DNA from: Planctomycetota bacterium
GTDB lineage: Bacteria > Planctomycetota > MHYJ01 > JACQXL01 > JACQZI01
Assembly (NCBI GenBank): GCA_016207825.1
Contig: JACQZI010000027.1
Location: forward strand, 66,929 to 130,928
DNA length: 64,000 nucleotides
Direction: 5' to 3'
The stretch's first letter is position 1. The number at the start of each line of letters is the position of its first letter. Both the position numbers and the translations under genes were made by a program. Shown piece after piece: positions 58,379 through 64,000 of this stretch. The notes under the pieces are model-generated. The model saw only the letters and a list, made by a program, of their open reading frames with translations. It made no database searches and was not told where the DNA came from.

Positions 58379-59290
58379 ATGAAAAAGCATAGTTTTCTGG
58401 TGTTGATTTTATTAGGCCTGTTAGCGGCGGTCGTAGTGGCGGATAATGAAAGAGGTAAAGCTAAAATCACATGGGAAAAGAATTACGATGTGGCATTGAA
58501 AAACGCTCAAACTACGGGTAAACTCGTCCTGGTATTTTCCACCTGCGACTGCTGAGCGGTTCAGCGGGCAGAAGCAAGCCGTGTGCTTGCGGATGAAACG
58601 TTCATAGAGCTTACCCGGCAATTCCACATGGTTAACGGCACCGCCAAAGAAGCGGATAAATTCAAGATGGACGAATATACTAAAAAAGGCGGAATGGTGA
58701 TTGTTGATCCCGATGAGAATGAAATCATCCGCGGGTCTTTTCTCTACCGGAGCCAGGGGCAAGCCGCTCCCGAAAAAGCGCTGGAAATAATAAATGGCGC
58801 CTTAAAAATATATGCTCCCAAAGAAATTGACTGGTTAGATTCGCTTGAAAAAGGAGTAGAACTCGCGAAGGATGGTAAAAAACTGTTATTTATCGCCTTT
58901 GCCGACGACCAGCAAGATTCGCTGAAAACCCTGAAGGCGCTGGAAAACCCGTTCCTGGTTAAAACCAATGAAAAATTCGTATTTGTTAAGGTAAAAACGG
59001 CAAAAAAACCGGATAAACCTTCCGCTAAAAAGGAAACGGATGAGGAAAAGAAAAAACGTGAAGCCGAGATAGCGGTATCGCTGGCACAAATGGATAAGTG
59101 GAAAGTTTCCTCCGCGCCGGTTATTTTCATCGTTGACCCGGGCGAGCCTGAACCGGAAAAGAAACCATTGCAAAAAATAACCGGCCTGCGTGATACGGTG
59201 TATCTGAAGAAAAATATGAACAAGGCTTTGGATGATTACCGTAAGTCGCAGGAAGAAAAGAAACAAAAAGAGGAAAAAGAAAAGAAATAA
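58379..59290 (+). CDS. candidate selenoprotein: secreted tandem thioredoxin-like protein with in-frame UGA (CxxU) at 58553-58555
   Basis: Signal peptide. VLVFSTCDC-TGA-AVQ aligns with the WCGWC active site of the 5459 paralogue. The frame stays open through the TGA into the 58583..59290 ORF. GCAAGC-CGUGU-GCUUGC hairpin 19 nt downstream. The alternative is a 58-aa product or a pseudogene. Confidence 0.5.
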
Positions 59291-59312
59291 CGATTATCGA
59301 GGTGATGTGTTT

Positions 59313-59570
59313 ATGAGTAAAACTGCGGCCAGAAACCTGAATTCCGAATTCGCAATTCGCAATTCAGTTTGCCCCCCTTTAACCACGGACGATATCTTCA
59401 CCCTGCGCGGTAAACCAATGGTTAAATGTATTGAACCGGCTAAAAACTTGAATTTACCAGTTGAGCGGCGCAATCAGAAATGGGTTTATGTGTCTCTTCA
59501 TACAAACAATGAAGAGCATTATTTCTTTAAAGATGGCTATTTAGTAGGCTGGAAACGAATGAGTCTGTAA
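59313..59570 (+). CDS. hypothetical protein (85 aa) containing an (AATTCGC)n heptamer tract
   Basis: ORF with an AGGTGATG-like RBS region. Internal aattcgcaattcgcaattcag. Confidence 0.35.
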   Translation: MSKTAARNLNSEFAIRNSVCPPLTTDDIFTLRGKPMVKCIEPAKNLNLPVERRNQKWVYVSLHTNNEEHYFFKDGYLVGWKRMSL

Positions 59571-59587
59571 GGACAAAAGGAGATAGT

Positions 59588-62119
59588 ATGAAAAAATCGT
59601 TATTATTAATCTGTATACTTGGTGTCCTTTGTGCCTTTGTGGTGTCGCAGGCCGTCTATGCCGGTTCCTGGCCGGATTTCTCCAATCCCGGCGGCGGCTC
59701 GTGGTATACCGGCTACTACCGTCCTGTCTCCATCAACAACACCGCCGGCGCGCAAACCGATTACCAAGTCGCCATTACCCCTTTTACCGATTCTAACTTT
59801 ATTAATAATTCAGGACTGGTCGGCTCGTGGCACTTCTCGGAAGGTTCGGGCACCACCACCGCCGATATGTCCGGTAACAGGAATAACGCAACGCTTAACG
59901 TTGGTGGAACTCTGGTTGATAACTGTGATGCCACCGCCGGCTGGACCGCTTCCGCCGCCGGTTCAGTAAGCCTTAATAATAGCCTTTACCGGGAAGGCGC
60001 TGGCGCGGTAAACTGTATAAAAACAGGGTTAACTACCACTCAAGTATTTTTTTACAAGACCATTGCCGTAACTAATATGCAGAATAAATGGCTTAATGTA
60101 TGGGTATATATCAACAACCAGGCTACCCTTAACAAAATTGGCCTGATGGAAGTGTTTGCGCTGAAGTCTGATTATTCCTGGTATATCTATAAAAGCCCTA
60201 TTTTGCCTGCTTCTCTACAGGTGGGTTGGAACCTCTTATCGCTTGATACCGCTAATCCCAGCGGGACATTCGGAACGCCGGATTTAACACAGGTAAACCA
60301 AATAAGGCTTGATGTTGACACCAATACTATCGATAAGACTTACGCCGCGGGCGATATTATTATGGACTATTGGTTCCTGTCTAATACCCAACCGACCTTT
60401 CCCGCCTGGACAGACGGCAAATTCGGCAAGGCGTTATCCTTTGACGGAGTGGATGATTATTTGGAAATCCCATCTTCTTCCTCGCTAAATAATTTAATTA
60501 CTGCAACATGGGAAACCTGGGTATACCCAACGCTTTCTGTTAGAGGGGATGGTCACCAACAAAAAATAATCTGGAGAAATGGCCCTTCGGCAAGTAATGC
60601 ATCTATACAGATGTATTGGGCAGGCGATACTTTTACAGTTGGAGCGTATGTAAATGCTTGGAATACGGCATCAAAAGGGGGATACAATATAAATCAATGG
60701 TATCATGTGATTGGAACTTTAGACGGTTCAAATATTAAACTCTATATTAATGGAGTTAATGTAGCAACTACGCCATGCGGGTCACTTGGAACAGGTTCAA
60801 CAGTATGGAGATTAGCAACATGGGATTCTACCGGCTATGATTTCAAAGGCATCATAGACGAAGTCCGCATTTATAACCGGGCGCTTACGTCCGCCGAAAT
60901 TTCCACCCGCTATAACTACTATACCACTAAACTCAAAGGCGATTATTCGGATATCCGCTTCACCGCCTCAACCGCCACCGGCAGCGCCGAACTTTCTTAC
61001 TGGCAGGAAACTGATAATAAATTCTGGGTCAAAGTCCCCAATCTGCCCGCCAATAATTCTTATATCTATATGTATTACGGCAATCCCTCGGCAACCTCGG
61101 TTTCCAATATCAATACCGCCTTTATCTTTGGGGATGATTTCTCGGTCGGCGGCCTTAATCCGGCTTGGGCGACTTATCAAAACGGCGGCGGAACAATTAC
61201 CGTAACTAATGGCGCCGCCGTCCTGGATTGCAATAGTTTCGCCGGTTGTGTCCGCCTCGAAAAAGCGGGATTGGCCGCGCCGTATATTATTGATGCCATC
61301 GCTAAAATAGAGTACCCCTATGGAGCTCATCGTTTCCGATTCTGTTCCCAAAACGCAGGATTTGATATCGGTATCTTTGATAGCAACAACATTTATTTCA
61401 ATGCTTGGACGGGCGTGGTTGTGGCAAATACTGCCTATGTAAGGTTAAAACAGATACATCAGTCTAACCGGGTTGACTGGCAGATATTTAATCTGGACGG
61501 CTCGCAGGTTTATAATAATAACTATGTCCCGGGAGGAGCGCCGAGTGGTATCTATTATTATCTTGGAGACGACCCCAACGGGGGCTGTAAAGTTACCCTG
61601 GATACCGTCTTCGTCCGCAAATATGCTTCGCCCGAACCGACTGTCGCCGCGCCGGGTGCGGAGTCTTATGGCTCATCCAAACGTGTGGAAACCGCGAACT
61701 GGGCAAGTTTGTGTCCGGCCGGAAAAGCTATCGTAATGGGACAGTCTATCGCCCAGGTCTCCTTTACCGCCTCGGTTACAGGCACGAATATTGCACGCTG
61801 GAAGAAGTTCCGCATAGATAAAAACATTACCGGCGTTGCTACTCCCGTTCCCGACAACAAAATAGAAATCCAAATCTGGATGGAAAATAATAATAACGGC
61901 TTCTGGGATACCGGCGATACCTTTATCTCTAAAGGCAATTTTACCAACGGCATCTGCTACCTTAATATGAAACAATGGCAGGTAACGACTACAACTAAGA
62001 CTTATTATATTGTATATAAATTAGCGGGAGATATTGGGGGAGGACAGAGAGCTGGCGTGAAAATAGTGGACAGTAGTTATTTGGAATTCGAGAATGCGAC
62101 ATGTGTAGGTGTTCCATAA
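59588..62119 (+). CDS. large secreted protein with LamG-like (concanavalin A-type) jelly-roll and DUF2341-like domains
   Basis: Signal peptide. LamG-like block (QWYHVIGTLDGSNIKLYINGV...GIIDEVRIYNRALTSAEI). DUF2341-like block (DYSDIRFTAS...WQETDNKFWVKVPNLPANNSYIYMYYGNP). Confidence 0.65.
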   Translation: MKKSLLLICILGVLCAFVVSQAVYAGSWPDFSNPGGGSWYTGYYRPVSINNTAGAQTDYQVAITPFTDSNFINNSGLVGSWHFSEGSGTTTADMSGNRNNATLNVGGTLVDNCDATAGWTASAAGSVSLNNSLYREGAGAVNCIKTGLTTTQVFFYKTIAVTNMQNKWLNVWVYINNQATLNKIGLMEVFALKSDYSWYIYKSPILPASLQVGWNLLSLDTANPSGTFGTPDLTQVNQIRLDVDTNTIDKTYAAGDIIMDYWFLSNTQPTFPAWTDGKFGKALSFDGVDDYLEIPSSSSLNNLITATWETWVYPTLSVRGDGHQQKIIWRNGPSASNASIQMYWAGDTFTVGAYVNAWNTASKGGYNINQWYHVIGTLDGSNIKLYINGVNVATTPCGSLGTGSTVWRLATWDSTGYDFKGIIDEVRIYNRALTSAEISTRYNYYTTKLKGDYSDIRFTASTATGSAELSYWQETDNKFWVKVPNLPANNSYIYMYYGNPSATSVSNINTAFIFGDDFSVGGLNPAWATYQNGGGTITVTNGAAVLDCNSFAGCVRLEKAGLAAPYIIDAIAKIEYPYGAHRFRFCSQNAGFDIGIFDSNNIYFNAWTGVVVANTAYVRLKQIHQSNRVDWQIFNLDGSQVYNNNYVPGGAPSGIYYYLGDDPNGGCKVTLDTVFVRKYASPEPTVAAPGAESYGSSKRVETANWASLCPAGKAIVMGQSIAQVSFTASVTGTNIARWKKFRIDKNITGVATPVPDNKIEIQIWMENNNNGFWDTGDTFISKGNFTNGICYLNMKQWQVTTTTKTYYIVYKLAGDIGGGQRAGVKIVDSSYLEFENATCVGVP

Positions 62120-62303
62120 CACACCCCTTCCTGCCCGACTGCGGTCAGGCGGGTATCCCCTCTCCGCCCGGACGAGCCGTTCGGACGGGTTTTTAGAGGG
62201 GATGGAACACCGCCCCCCTACGGGGACTCCCGATTATTCGGGGTGTCCCGCCATGCCATAGGCAGGTCCGCCTTTGGCGGAAAACGAAGTGGAGCGGGGG
62301 AAT

Positions 62304-62328
62304 CCCGACCCCGCCTTGCGGGGTCGGG
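62304..62328 (+). other. strong hairpin CCCGACCCCGC-ctt-GCGGGGTCGGG within a GC-rich multi-hairpin intergenic region (62120-62386)
   Basis: Seen directly. Member of the CCCGAC...GTCGGG hairpin family. Confidence 0.6.
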
Positions 62329-62386
62329 GCGTAGGCGTTCCCGAATAAATTCGGGACGACGGAATCCCGTAGGTTTTAGATAGTTT

Positions 62387-62608
62387 CTAAAGAAGATTAT
62401 TAAATTCTTCAGTGGTGAGATTAACTGTTCGGAGGATAGATTTCAATGTGCCTCTATCAAGTTCTTTATGGTCAGGAACCGTTACCGGTAAGCGGTTGGG
62501 GTGGTAGAGCCTTATATGACTGCCTCTTTGCTTGCGGATATAATACCCGATTCGCTGGAGAGCGGTTACTACCTCCCGGCCCGAGACCACCGGTAAAGGC
62601 AGACTCAT
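62387..62608 (-). CDS. hicA: type II toxin HicA (YcfA-like mRNA interferase)
   Basis: 73 aa with GREVVTALQRIGYYIRKQRGSHIRLYHP, typical HicA. Confidence 0.7.
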   Translation of the reverse strand: MSLPLPVVSGREVVTALQRIGYYIRKQRGSHIRLYHPNRLPVTVPDHKELDRGTLKSILRTVNLTTEEFNNLL

Positions 62609-62814
62609 ACGGCAATTTCCTCTACCTTGGTGTGGTCTTCAGGGATTGGTTTCCCTTCTTCTTTATAACACTCCAGCGCCAGTTCAATGGCTTCCTTAAT
62701 ATTCTTAAGCGCCTCCGGGAGTGTTTTGCCCTGGGAGATACAACCGGAAATAGCCGGACACTCGGCCACGAGGTACCCGTCTTCACCTTCGGTAAGAATA
62801 ATTTTATAGACCAT
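62605..62814 (-). CDS. hicB: type II antitoxin HicB-like (UPF0150)
   Basis: 69 aa: YKIILTEGEDGYLVAECPAISGCISQGKTLPEALKNIKEAIELALE (RNase H-like HicB N-domain). Overlaps the hicA start by 4 nt. Confidence 0.7.
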   Translation of the reverse strand: MVYKIILTEGEDGYLVAECPAISGCISQGKTLPEALKNIKEAIELALECYKEEGKPIPEDHTKVEEIAV

Positions 62815-62902
62815 TTTATTCCCCCTTGTTTTTTATCTAAAATAAGTATAACAAGTAATCCGTATAAAAGCAAGGAAAATTATTAAAGGAGAGGGAAATT
62901 AT

Positions 62903-64000
62903 ATGAAAAACAGGAGTTTAGTAATTTGGATTTGTTTGATCATTGTTTGGTCATTGGTCATTGGTAATTTGTGTAATTTCGCCTACGGCGACAGCTGGTC
63001 CGAAACCGTCTTTACCAATACAGGCAGTTCCTTCTCCAATACCGTCACCACCACCGGCTCGGCCGAAGTTAATTTATTATCCACCAGCCTTAATGCCGTA
63101 ACAATTACCGCCGGAGTATCTTCAAATTATACATTAGGCGTTTTTTCTGATAATAAACTCCGGTCATGGGGACATAATATGACCGGGCAATTGGGCTTGG
63201 GCGATGCCATCCAGCGCAACTCACCCGTTCAGGTCGGCGCAGATAGCTGGAAAGCAATCGCGAGCTCAGGTGACCCATATCTTTTGGGACAAATTTATGG
63301 GCATAGCGCCGGGATTAAAACTGATAATACACTTTGGACATGGGGATGTAATATGTATGGCCAATTAGGCTTGGGCGATACTAACCAGCGTAATTCTCCC
63401 GTTCAGGTCGGCGCCAATACATGGAAAGCAGTTGCTTGCGGCAATCACTATACCTTAGCTATCCGTTCTGACGATACCTTATGGGCTTGGGGGTATAATG
63501 GATTTGGTAATTTAGGCGATGGAACCACCACCCAGCGCAATTCACCTGTCCAGATAGGGGCAAGCACATGGAAAGCAATTGCCTGTGGAGGTTATCATAC
63601 ATTAGGGATTAGGTCTGATAATACCCTTTGGGCATGGGGTGCTAACGATTACGGGCAACTGGGGCTGAATGATACCACCCCGCGCAGTTCTCCTGTCCAG
63701 GTTGGGGCAAGCACATGGCAAATAATTTCTGCCGGCGGCACACACAGTTTGGCTATCCGTTCTGACAATACCTTATGGGCTTGGGGGTATAATGGCTTTG
63801 GTGAGGTAGGTGATGGGACAACTACCCAACGCAATTCTCCTGTTCAGGTGGGGGCAAGCACATGGAAAACGGTTTCTGCCGGAGGTCATAGGGGAACTTT
63901 TTATGTTGGATATTCAATAGGAATCCGTTCTGACGATACTCTCTGGTCATGGGGATCTAATAACAACGGGCAATTGGGCTTGGGCGATACTACAAACCGT
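62903..64000 (+). CDS. secreted RCC1-repeat (beta-propeller) protein, 3' partial
   Basis: Signal peptide, then at least 6 tandem RCC1-like repeats (WGxNxxGQLGLGDTxxRNSPVQVGAxxWKAIAxGxxHTLAIRSDxTLWAW). The ORF runs off the window end. Confidence 0.75.
   Translation, partial: MKNRSLVIWICLIIVWSLVIGNLCNFAYGDSWSETVFTNTGSSFSNTVTTTGSAEVNLLSTSLNAVTITAGVSSNYTLGVFSDNKLRSWGHNMTGQLGLGDAIQRNSPVQVGADSWKAIASSGDPYLLGQIYGHSAGIKTDNTLWTWGCNMYGQLGLGDTNQRNSPVQVGANTWKAVACGNHYTLAIRSDDTLWAWGYNGFGNLGDGTTTQRNSPVQIGASTWKAIACGGYHTLGIRSDNTLWAWGANDYGQLGLNDTTPRSSPVQVGASTWQIISAGGTHSLAIRSDNTLWAWGYNGFGEVGDGTTTQRNSPVQVGASTWKTVSAGGHRGTFYVGYSIGIRSDDTLWSWGSNNNGQLGLGDTTNR

Noticed and set aside
58553-58555. TGA at 58553 as an ordinary stop giving a 58-aa peptide, or as a pseudogene lesion
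   Set aside because: Not fully rejected. The CxxU/CxxC alignment with the paralogue, the intact downstream frame and the adjacent hairpin make selenocysteine recoding the better explanation, but it needs the external checks listed.

Overview
Dense 64-kb chromosomal window, roughly mid-40s % GC, coded on both strands, from a diderm (LPS-producing) bacterium of uncertain lineage; it reads as an uncultivated-lineage genome. Conserved core, in order: sucD (5' partial), nadC, panE, holA; the classical tRNA-Thr/Tyr/Gly/Thr-tuf-rpmG-tRNA-Trp-secE-nusG block, which then breaks off with no rplK/rplA; ridA, tRNA-Pro, sppA; the outer-membrane/lipid A cluster bamA-skp-lpxD-lpxC::fabZ(fusion)-lpxA, running straight into a sugar-nucleotide epimerase/glycosyltransferase (O-antigen/glycan-like) cluster; arcC and aroDE; a NifU-like protein; ispG-mrdA-rodA; a minus-strand ECF-sigma/anti-sigma/CpxP-like/TolC-MacA-MacB operon; a 2-hydroxyacyl-CoA dehydratase-like gene; and a TPR-sigma54 activator. 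Accessory and unusual content: (i) a thioredoxin-like gene whose Cys-x-x-Cys active site is replaced by Cys-x-x-UGA, in frame and with a downstream hairpin, making it a candidate selenoprotein; (ii) a low-GC island at ~19.0-23.9 kb with a PIN_3-like gene, small lipoproteins and three unknown proteins; (iii) a previously unrecognised palindromic repeat family (TTAGCCAC plus three NAAGRCAC words) in three inverted pairs, one of which flanks a frameshifted GxxExxY pseudogene; (iv) two G-rich degenerate tandem arrays (18.7 kb and 40.5 kb) that share a GGGG-N-TTCTG motif; (v) a recurring CCCGAC...GTCGGG hairpin family; (vi) heptanucleotide tandem repeats inside two coding regions; (vii) a GT2::LPS-kinase-like fusion, a hicB-hicA pair, and large LamG/DUF2341 and RCC1-repeat secreted proteins. 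No CRISPR array, rRNA, transposase or integrase was recognised.
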